From Cenococcum geophilum (lineage: Eukaryota): a stretch of DNA of 64,000 nt. The DNA lies in the NCBI GenBank assembly GCA_050273025.1, contig CP158636.1, positions 9,176,001 through 9,240,000 of the forward strand, in the 5' to 3' direction. The position numbers and the translations under genes are program-made. Below the pieces are notes generated by a model, which ran no database searches, had not been told where the DNA came from, and was given only the letters and a program-made list of their open reading frames with translations. Positions 38,691 through 49,539 of this stretch are shown here, piece by piece (position 1 is the stretch's first letter; the number at the start of each line of letters is the position of its first letter).

Positions 38691-39475
38691 ATAAATCGCA
38701 AGCGTTAAGCTGTCAGTCCGCCTGCTGGTAAACCTTCCGTAAGTATTCTTTATACTAGCTTATAGCTATCGCTAACCCTACTAGGCGCTATTAAAGCTCC
38801 CATACCGCTTATAAGCTGCTTCCCTAGCTTTGCTAGAACTAATCTACCTCCATTACGCCAAGCGTGTAGCCACTGCTAGGTGGGCTACCTACGGCAAGCA
38901 GGCTAACCGCAATTACGGGTACTACTAACGACTAAATAAGTCGTGCCAACTAGTAAGTTTAAGTACGTTAGTTTAGGTTCTAATGGCTAACAGACTAGGT
39001 CCCTAAGGCCTTCTATAGCCGCCTAAATAAGCTCCTTACCCTTATTAACAGGGCTAAGCGCCGGCAAGTTACTAGCGGAGACACGGCTAACCTTAACGCT
39101 CGCGTTGCTGCCGCCCAGAAATCCTTTACAAAGGATATTAAAGCCTTGGTGCGCACCGGCGCTAAGCATAGTCTCCGCCAGCGCCTAAAGGGCAAAGACT
39201 TTCCCCTACTCTAAGTGCAGGAATTATAGGCCATCCGTTATACTCTTAAAGGAATTCTTAACATAATACGCGCTTTAGTACGTGTTATAGCGTAGGTGTT
39301 TCGCCGTTGTAGCGTATACTAACAGTACTTATAGGCCAATATACCTCCTATTATAAGGGATAAGGAGGAGAATAAGGGTGAGGGGGATGAGAAGGAGGGA
39401 GAGGAGGAGGATAAAGAGGGAGAGGAGGAGGAAGAGGAAGGAGGGGAGGAAAGGGAGGATTCGTTAGAGCTATAG
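38691..39475 (+). pseudogene. Antisense 4-exon accessory gene of Gypsy B: ~211-aa six-Cys Zn-cluster-like protein with acidic tail
   Basis: Exons 38691-38738, 38785-38952, 38999-39277, 39335-39475. Three phase-0 introns (46, 46, 57 nt) with GTAAGT/GTAAGT/GTACGT donors, RCTAAC branch points and TAG acceptors. The frame is continuous after splicing and internal stops are TAA/TAG explicable by RIP. Confidence 0.85.
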
Positions 39476-40229
39476 AGTCTCTATATTTCTATTAGCGTAC
39501 TACCGTTACTCTACCGTCATTTCGTCGTCGCCCCACTAGTAGGGCGTAATCCCGGTTACAATTAAAAGTTTTTTATTCTTCCGCCTACTTTCTCTTCTAT
39601 TTACCCCTTAGGATAAAGTAACTATTATATATCTCCTTTGCGTCCTTCTATTATTCACACGCTTGCGGAGAAGAGGATTAATTAATCTGATTGGTGGGTA
39701 CGGGCTTAAAGGCATTAATTAAGAATGGGTATATTTGCAAGGCTATTTACAGGGGATTGCCCTGCCTTAACTAAACGTAATGCCCATAGACCCGTGCGCA
39801 AGCATATCGCTGCAGTATCTATTTATAAAGCCCAAAATATATAACTAAAGAAAAAGGTGCGGGTGGGAGGGAAAGCAAGCAAGTAAGGCTTAATTTTATA
39901 AATGTTAATAATGTTAGTATTGCTAAGATATAGGGGTGCTGCTATAGTACTCGCTTAGCTATATAGACATGTCCATCTATTATTTACACGCTTATAGAGA
40001 AGAGGATTAATTAATCTAATTGGTAGGTACGGGCTTAAAGGCATTAATTAAGAATGGGTATATTCGCAAGGCCATTTATAGGGGATTGCCCTGCCTTAAC
40101 TAAATATAATACCTATAGACCTAGAAGCGCAGCGCCCGTACTACACAAGGTAAAGTAGGGAGAAGAAAAAATAAAAAATAAAAAAGGGGGGAAAAGGAGA
40201 GATTTAAGTTAATGTATTAGAGTGCCAAA

Positions 40230-41250
40230 ATAGGCACTCATATACGCCGTTGTGCCTAAATACCTTCGCCTATTATATCTAGGGCGAGTAACAATAAGAA
40301 TAGTATTAGCGTTCTATATTAGAAGTTTATACTTAGCTAGAATAGGTTTTTTAGGGATAATAAATAGTAAAGCTGGAACGCTTATAAGGACTACCGGCCC
40401 AGTTACTGTATTTGGCCGTCCGTGAAACCGTTGTCTTAAGCGTATTAAGCAGCACCTTTCTAAAATAAGTGTCTATTATAGAGCTTAGAGTAGAGGCTAA
40501 AAGCGGCAACTTTGTACTTTAGCTTATTCCTAACCGCGTAGCTTATAAAGGCTAATCTCTTAAAGTAAAAGAGAGGGGCGTTTCTGGGTTAGGGGTTATT
40601 TTTAAATAGGTGTTTTATAGCTTAAACTATATATTTAGGTTACCCTAAAGCGGCAATCATAATTAAGACTCCTTAGTAATTAACGTCCGTTTTACTACGC
40701 TTTAGATATAATATTATATGGTCCTCTGCTAGCCTTATATCGTTTCTAATATATTTTATAGTAGAGAAGGCGTGGCTATCTTTCTAAGCCTTAGTGTAGG
40801 TGATTTCGCCTAGATAAAGGAATCCCATAAAGGCCGTGGTGACAGCAGCATTAAAGTTAAGATCCTTAACGGATTAGGTATTCGGAGTAACCAATTAGGC
40901 AAGGATGTCTTTAGTAATTAGCAATCTTTTAGCCGTAGTAGAGGGATTTATAGATGTTATACTGTCTAGGATCCTCTTAATAATAGGATTATTAAAGACG
41001 GAGGTGTTATAATTAGCGTTAATATAGTGGGATTAAATTGCGGAGATATAGGCTTTAACTATAGTAGGCTTAATACGGCTTATTCCTAGACTAGTATTGC
41101 TAAAGATCTATTAGGTAATCTATTCTCCTAGGTAGTAGAGGGGCGCTAGGTACTTCACCGCTCCATAAAGGTTGCAGTAGCCCTCCTAACTCTTAATTAT
41201 AGGATGATATAAATCTCTCGTTCCATTAGAGAGGCTATGCTATAATAGTT
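40230..41250 (-). pseudogene. Tyrosine recombinase of the Ngaro element (ends approximate)
   Basis: De-RIP FLRLGEITY (~40810), LKRSKTD (~40695), GHSFRKGAA...QLGRWSSQAFQLY (~40365-40475). Confidence 0.88.
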
Positions 41251-41379
41251 AGCCGAAACATTCTAAGGGGGCTTTTACCTTAATCTAGAAATTAGGTAGG
41301 GGGTCTTTAAGAGGGACTAGGTCTCCTATTTTAGCATTAGATTAAATATAATAAAGAAGCGTATAGTAATGGTAAATTA

Positions 41380-43010
41380 GAAGTATCCTAATGCGAGTAT
41401 AGTAATAATACCCTATTGCGATTAAAACGAGATAGAGCATTAGCTAGCCCGTTTTCTATAGAGGAAACCTACTCTATATAGAGCGTAATATTATAGGCTG
41501 CGGTTAGTTGGAGGATTTTATAGAGCGGGTAATTACCTAGTTCTTTTACTACTATATTTTAGAATCCTAAGAGTGCTACTATATTATCTGTATGGATATA
41601 GACTAAGCTATACTCCTACTACGTTGCCTAGAGCTAGAATGAGGTTATAATTGCTTGGACCTTCTACTTATTAATTAGGGTAAGGCGGTGTTCTGCGTTA
41701 GGGTAGTAGCTTAAAGAATTATCTTAGGGTAGAGATACCGAATAGGGCGGCCATATTGTCCCTTAAGAATCCTTAAGGAAGAAGAAGGCCCTATAACTAA
41801 GAATCCTAAATATGTCTAAGAAGAGATAAAATTATTTTTAATCCGTATCATTAAAGAAGAGGATACCATTTAAAAGGGTAAGAGTATCCCTCCACTATAA
41901 CAAGTCTTAGCGAAGTTTAGCTGTTAGCCGTTAGTAAGGATAACTACCTACCTTTATAAAAGTGGAGATAAACTCCTAGATAGAGCGGTTATATAAACGC
42001 CTAAGCCTAATTACCTAGGCGCTCTAAGCGAGTCTACTAGCCAGTTTTTAACTCTAAACTAGCGTTAGGGATCTACCACTTAACGCTTTATTAATCTCCT
42101 TAATTATAGTGGCCTGTTTTAAAGGAGAAAGACATAGCTTAGACTTTAGAGTATCTATAATATAACCTAGGACTTTAGCTATAGTGCCTTTAATATTCTT
42201 TAATTCGTTTTATAGGATACCTAATTCGTTACTTAATTAGTTATATATACTAAGTAATTAAGGGAGGATAGAAGCGTTAAAGAGTATAAAGATAAAGTTA
42301 TCTAAATAGTGCTCTAAGGCGGCGTTTAGGATATATTAGATAAGTATCCAGTGGAATCCCTCCGCAAAAAGATTAAATAAAAAGGGTGCAGTTTAAAGGC
42401 TAAATAAGAGGCAACGTTTAAAATATACTATACCCTTCTAGGAGAACCCTATAAGGCGTTAAGCTTTAATAGAAAGTGGGATATTCTGAAAGGCGTCCTT
42501 AATATCCCTCTTAATAATTATATAACTACGGCCTGTATATATAACGTGTTAGAGAACCTAATTAACTATTAAATATTATAGTGTGGCAAATGCTATAGGG
42601 ATTAAGTTATTAATAGATTGGTTAGATAGTAAGGATAAGTTATAAATACGGCACTATCCCCTATCCGCTTTAGGTACTAAACCTAGCGGTAAGGATATAA
42701 TAGGAGACGTTACTATTATAATCCTGCCTATATCTAAATCGGCGCTAATCTTCTCTAAGATTAGGACTGTATTTATAGCTATTAAGGCTTAGTTCTTTTA
42801 GAAGAGGAGCTTAATTTCTAGGTTTGCCCTAATCTAGTATCCGAACTTTAAGATACCAATAATATTACGTTAGAGGTTACCAGGGTATAGGGATAGATAA
42901 CGCCCCTACGCTTAAATAATTAAGGGGGAGGGAGAGTCCTGTAGAGGAGAGGAGGGTAGGAAGACTGGAAATAATAGTATAGTATTTAGCCTACCCGTAC
43001 TATAAGGGTA
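41380..43010 (-). pseudogene. RT / RNase H of the Ngaro element (ends approximate)
   Basis: PLGLVPKADGG (~42680), KRDIKDAF (~42500), FGL.TAPFLFN (~42390), HYLDDF (~42300). Confidence 0.88.
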
Positions 43011-43097
43011 GAGCATAGTTTCAGCGGAGTATAGGTATAGCTTAATAAAATCCTCTTCCTCCTCTTCCTTTTTCTTATTAATACTTTCCTCTAGTAA

Positions 43098-44036
43098 TTA
43101 CTACTTATAATTTCTTGTAGTATGCAGGCCACCGCACTTACTGTAGGTATGCGGGAACTTGTAATCCTTGCCTAGGTTATACTTCCCTCTATTAAAGCTA
43201 TAATAGGTCCTTAAGATATTAGTGCTTACTTGCGCATGTTTTAAGATAGATACAGATTTATAAGTACTAGGATTGCAATAGATATCTAGGAAATTACTAG
43301 AGATCTTCTAGTTAGCTAGCTCTAACTAGTTCTTTTAAATAACTATAGAGTAGTGCTCTAAGGCCATAGTCATTAAGGGAGCAATTTAGTAGGTGGTAGA
43401 TAGCTAAATAACTTAATTATAGAAGGTAAGCATTTGGGGAATAAGATCTACTAAAAGATTCTTATATATAACAATTAAAATCATTATATAGTTAAGGAAG
43501 CCCTCTACCCACACTTTAACGGATAGGTAGTTCTTTATTATCCCTTCTTTTAGTCTTATAGAAAGGACGCTATTAACGATAAGGATATTATTTTAAGGCT
43601 TAGACTAGAGCTAGTGTATCTAGAGGCGAGAGAGGTTATTAGGCAAGAAAGTACCCTAAAATACCTTAAGTATCTCTTTATTTGGGACGCCAGGGAGAAG
43701 GGTATTTAGGATATTAGCTATAGATAGGAGCAACTTACCCAGTTTATTAATTGGGGTTAAGGATAACACTGCTATAGCTAATCTCGCTATTACTATAGCG
43801 AGGCTTAATATATAGAGTTTAGTCGCCTAATCTTCCTATTCTTTTTAGACGCGTAGCATTTTAGTACGGTCCTCCTATTCCTAAAGGAGTCTTATTTTCC
43901 GGTTGGTTACCTAGTCCTTAACCTCCTTTACCTAAGCTCTTCTAATCCTTAGGTCCTCCTTATGTAGTTACTAAAGCTATTCTTTGGCTTTTTCAGCGGC
44001 TAAAGTCTCGCGTTAAGCCGTAGAGAGAGGCGCCAT
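43098..44036 (-). pseudogene. Gag-like ORF1 of the Ngaro element
   Basis: ATG at 44036, coiled-coil N-terminus (MAPLSTAQRETLAAEKAKE), C-terminal Cys/His finger (de-RIP C.SFNRGKCNLGKDCKFPHTCSKCGGLH...C). Confidence 0.8.
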
Positions 44037-47000
44037 TATAGAGGATGGAGACTGTAACGCCGGCGTATCGCCTAAAGGTATAGGGGAAGGTAAGGGAGAC
44101 TGGTAGGTAACCTTTAAGGAGTTTAGCTCGTCGAGTGTGTTGTCGTTAGTCGAGTTTTTAAGGTTTTTATGGATAATTCGCGAAGGTTTAGATGAGTATA
44201 TAGGTCGTTAAGTTATTAACAGCAACAATTAATTATTAGAAATTGAGTAAATAAGGTATTGGCTCTTAAATAAGACTAATATGGAAAGCAAGCAAGCAAG
44301 GCTCAATTTTGTGAATGTTAATGATGTTGGTGTTGCTGAGATGCAGGGGTGCTGCTGCAGTGCTCGCTTAGCTACATAGACATGTCCATATTAATGTCCT
44401 CTATAGGGACCTATTAGTTATATTCTTCTAGCTATCCTTTCCACTTAACTAGGTACTATAGGGTCTAGTTACGTCCCTTTCTTCTATGTACTTCTTCTAC
44501 CTTATATTAGTCCTTTTAGTCCACTTAATCGTCTAGCTTAATAGGCCCTAGTAGAGGGTCTTTAGTAGTGCCCTTATGTTATTTATATAGCTCTAGCAAG
44601 CTAATATAGAACACTAGGTAGATATAGTAAGACGTAGGTAGATATAGTTAGTATACTTACTTTCTAACTAGTTCGGCTATACTAAAAGGTCTAATAAAGC
44701 GTGCTATAAGTTTCTTACTTGGCCTTTTTAGTTTAAGGTTCTTAGTTAATAGTAAGACTAGATCCCCTACTTTGTATGCCTATAGTTAGTAATAACAATT
44801 ATAGTATTTCGCCTGCGCCTCGGCAGCGTATTCCTAGCATTTCGCCAACGCTTCGCGTTTAAGGGATATCCTTTTAATCCTCTTAGAGGCGGCTAGAATA
44901 GAACTACTATTGTCTGCCTTAACCTTATATTCTAAACGCGGGTAAAACCTATAGCAGGCATAGAACGGGCTTATACCTATCATGCTATATTTAGCATTAT
45001 TATAGGCAAATTCGGCTAGCAATAAAAGGCCTGCCTAGTTACTCTACTTTTTGTTATAGAATACACGGAGGTAATACTCTAGGGTTTAGTTCTGGCGTTT
45101 TGTTTACCCGTCTATTTGCGGGTAAAAGGCTATACTTAGTCTACGTTTTATCTTCGCAGTAAAGTATAGCTCCAACTAGAACTCACTAGTGAAAATACTA
45201 CTATAATTAAATACAATCCCCCTAGGGGCTCCAAAACGGCGTACTACTTCGTTAAAGAAGAGATCCGCAAGTTCGGTTATAGTAATAGTTTTTACTATAG
45301 GCAGATACAAGGCCATCTTAGTATAGCGGTCGACTATTATATATATTACGTCATACACCTTATCGCCTCGTTTGCTAGGCGGTAGGCCTATAATAAAGTT
45401 TATCGTAATCTTTTGCCACGGCTAGTCTGGGCAAGGCAGCGCTTAGAGCTCGCCGTAAGGGCAATATTAAGACACACATATACGTTGGCATAAATTATAG
45501 GTAGAGATATAGTTTACAACATCCGCATTTATATTAAGCTAGTAGTACTTACACAAGAGTAGATCTAGAGTCTTTTTCTTACCAAAGTGCCCAGCTAGGG
45601 CATTATCGTGGTGGATCTATAGGAGTTCTATATAAACTACTAGGTCTAGGGGCACGTATAGCCTCCCGCGGTAATAAAGTAGTCTAGCGGAATTAAACTG
45701 CCATACTGGCTTTAAGCGGGCGCGTTAACGGCGTCTCGCAGTATCTATACTATCGCTACGCTTTTGCAATATAAAGTCATCTTTAGTCTAAAGTCCTTTA
45801 ATAAGCTTAACAACTGTTTCCGTACTAGACTTATAAGCACTCTCTTAAGTACTTACTTCTCTAACCTAGGTCCTTATTACGCGCTACTTAACGGCATATA
45901 TATAGGTTGCCTAGTTAAACCGTAATACTATATAGCCCAGGCGTACCACTGTCGGGTCGCCAGCTTATAGCCGTAGAAACGACACCTCTATAAAAGGCTC
46001 GCTTTCTTATATACCTAATAGGACTTTCACCTTAGGTTAGTGGCCCTACATTCCTAAAGTCCTTTAAAGCAATAGTAGCATAGTGTCTTCTTTTAGCGGA
46101 CCCCCTACGCCTAGGGGTCGCCTCAATAGCGCGTCTACGGGGTTTATTTTTCCCACCCTATGCTTAATAACAAAGTCATAGGCAGCTAATGCTATAGCCT
46201 ATCTGGCTTACTATCCATTAAGGGCTTTTACTTTTATAAAACCCTTTAGATTATTATAATCTATAAGCACTTCTAAATAGCTTAATAGCCCCTTAATATA
46301 GTGTCTCTAATACTTAAAAGCCTCTACAATAGCTAGTAGCTCCTAATTATAGGTCTTATAATTACGCTCTACTAGCAAAAGCTTCCTAGACCAGAAGGCT
46401 ATTAGATGCCAAAGGCTATCTTTAAACAGCTATAATATAATTGCTGCTAGGCCTTGCATAAAGGCATTAGTCTCTAACTAAGTTAGTAAACCCGGCATAT
46501 AGTGTTACAGAAGCGGCGCCGTTATAAAGGCGTCGCAGAGCCAGCATATTGCCTACTCCGCCTCTTTGGGCTAACTAAAAGGCCTAGCTTTACAGCCGTT
46601 CTTTACTTTCTTAAGGAGATTAGTAATAGGCTTCGTAATAGCAGAGTACTTATAGATAAACTGGTAATAGAAGTTAACAAAACCTAAGAAGACCTAGATA
46701 TCCCTATAGGATTAAGGGCTCTCCCACTTAGTAATAGCTTCTACCCAGCTAGGATCCATCGCTACGCCTTTAGGACTAATAATATATCCTAGGAACTTAA
46801 CCTCTTATACACCAAACCTGCACTTTTTAAGGTTTGCATATAGTTAATATTACTATAACCTACGTAGCACTTCTAGTATATAGCGCTAGTGTTCCTCTAG
46901 ATTTTTAAAGAAAATTAAAATATTATTAAGGTAGACCATATAGAAGACGTCTACTAATCCTAATAAGGCCCGATTAATATAGCCCTAAAAGGTCGCTAGT

Positions 47001-49539
47001 CCGTTAATTAGCCTAAAAGGTAAAACTAAATACTTAAAGTGGCCGTAACGCGTGCGGAACGCCGTCTTCTACTTGTCGTCCTAACGGATACAAAGGCGGT
47101 AGTACGCATTTGTTAGGTCCAACTTAGTAAAGATCTTAAAACCTACTAAGCGGTCCAAGGTCTTACTAATTAATAGTAATATAAGACAATTCTTAATTAT
47201 CACCTTATTAAGGTCTCTATAGTTTACACAGAGCTACAGCTTCCTATCTTTTTTAGGTATAAATAGGATAGGTACCCCTATAGGACTAGTACTTAGTCGG
47301 ATCCAGCCTTTAGCTAAGGCGTTGTTTAAGTACTCCCTTAGTACCTTTAGCTCCTTAACTAAAAGGTTATAGAGCGGTCTATATAGGACCTCCTATCCCT
47401 CTTCTAGGTCAATAGCATAGTCGCCCTAGTAGTATTAGGGTAGCTTTCCTACTTCCTTATATAAGAAGACATTGCTAGCTTCTTTTAACTATGGGGAAAA
47501 GACTAGCAAGCTGCCGTTATTTTATTTGCTAGGCATTAATCCAGCAATCACTAGAGCGAAGACCCTAGATTCCCTCTAGAGAGACTCCGCGAAACCCTTA
47601 GAGGTTTATAGCAATAGGGATAAGCCATTTAGCTTCTATCGCCACGCCTTCGCCTTATAGTTAATAAGAAGTTAGGCCTTCTTTAACCCTAGCATACCTA
47701 GGGTAATAATAGGGGATGCGTTAGCCATTCTATAGTAGATAAGGGTTACTTCCCTTATCCTACCCTAGCTGTCCTTTATTCTTAATAGTACCTTATAGGC
47801 TTTATAGCAATATACCTAAGTTTTATTTAACTAGGAGTGGGTAAGTAATTCTATATCTAGTGTTTTAAAGTTATACTCTATTATAAATTACTAATTAATT
47901 ATATTTACTTCGGCGCCAAGATTAAGTATTACTAAGGTCTCCTTCTAGGTTTGCTTAAATAGGACTTCTCCTAAAACAGTAATAGCTTCCTTATAATCTA
48001 ATAATAGCTTACGCCCTACGGGTGTAAGGGGCTCTAAGGGCGCCTACCTTTTCCTAATGTTAAGATAGCGTTTACGCTGCTTAACTGCGGCTAGTACTGT
48101 TATGGCTTTGGGCACTATCGCCACTAATATCCTGGCTTACCACAATTTTTACAGTTCCCCTTGGGTTAGGTTAAACCCTCGGTGATACTACTTCGCCCCG
48201 CTATCGCGTTGCTAGCGGTGGTTTTAGAGTCCACTTTCTCTAAGTTACCTAATAGGGTGGTCTTTATATTTAAGCTTATGGCGCGCCTATTGCTTCTAGC
48301 CTATAGGGCGCTTGCGCTCTTCTAGTTTTCCTCTAATAGGGCAGCTAGGGAAACTAGCTAATTTTAAGTTTATAGAAACTCCTAATAGTTAGTAACCGCA
48401 AGCCGTAGCTCTAGCCGTAGCTTCGCGAATAGGTGTATTATTAGATGCTTTGCATTATAGAGAGGATTAATTTATACTTTTAAGGAGGTTAGGTAAGCAA
48501 CAAACTCATTTATAGGTTAATTAGTTCGTTACATTGCCCTCGCATATATTAGGGCTATATAGAGTTCTTAATTAATAGGACTTTTGATTTAGTTAATTAG
48601 GAATTCTATTAGCTCCTCCTAGGTGAACTATATATCTAGGTGGTTATCTTTATACTACAGCTAAAGGGTTCGGTTAGTCCCCTTTATATATTACATAGTA
48701 AACGCGACTTTAGTATCCTTATCCGCGAAGCCGTTGTGCTCTAGGCGGAACGCCAGCTTTAAGCTGTCGCGGAAGTCTTAGTGCTCTTATATGGTCTTAC
48801 CATAATACGGAGCAATCTTCTCTATTTTAACGGCCCATTTTAACGGAGCGCCTATTATATTAGTAGCCTTCCGCTTAAGGTTCGGACGCATCTAGCTACC
48901 ATCTAAGTACTCTAATAGGATAGTTTAAGGTTATAGATCTGGGTTAGGAACGGGAGTCGACGTTACCTTACCGCGTTAACGCCGTCTTATTACTTCCACC
49001 TCTTCCCTAAGCGAGTATAGTTTTCTTTACTCTAGGAGTTATAGCTTCTTGTTTTCTAGCCGTTGTATTTCTTCCTATATATCCCCTTTATTTGTAGCTT
49101 CCAGTTCTGTCTAGAACGATGTAGGTTTGCCTATATTATCCTAGGGCTAATCCCTAGGCTTAGTAGTACGCACTACGCTAGTACGCCCGCGTCTCGCCAT
49201 TAGGTTAATAGGCTATAATATAGTTAATAAATATAGGTCGTCTTCTTAACAGAGGGTTGCTACTACGTAGTCGTGGCCTTAGTAGACCGCTATATTGTCG
49301 GGCCACTACCCCTAAAAAGGGATAAGAATTTAGTACTGTTAGGACGCTAAGGTCCTTAAGGCATATAGTAACGTAATAATAGTAGCGGAATGCAATAGGT
49401 ATCTGGTTCTTAATGAAGTAGAACTATAGAACTAAATTCTGCTATTCTCTGGTGCGGGGCGATTACGTTTTATAGGCGCCTCGCCTGCGCCTCGCCTACG
49501 CTAAGCCGGTTACGGCCAGTGCGTCTCTATAGCCTAATA

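Larger units (their letters stand above)
39648..44389 (-). mobile_element. Ngaro-type tyrosine-recombinase retrotransposon with split direct repeats A1...B1-A2-B2
   Basis: A: 44283-44389 and 39870-39976. B: 39977-40121 and 39648-39792. ORF order gag, RT/RNase H, YR. Confidence 0.92.
38209..49539 (-). mobile_element. Ty3/Gypsy chromovirus family B with nested Ngaro element; flanks lack a TSD
   Basis: 203-bp LTRs 38209-38411 and 49337-49539, PPT complement CCCCCCCCTTCTT at ~38416. gag ATG at 49200, RT VYLDDILIF (~46930), RNase H, integrase (track ORFs 45176-45358 and 44834-45022 are remnants), chromodomain YLVKWKG (~44450). Confidence 0.92.

Noticed and set aside
39013..39195. 60-aa minus-strand ORF
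   Set aside because: It is the shadow of exon 3 of the plus-strand spliced gene.
40230..41250. Starship captain or Crypton recombinase
   Set aside because: The YR lies downstream of RT/RNase H within split direct repeats, so it belongs to the retroelement.
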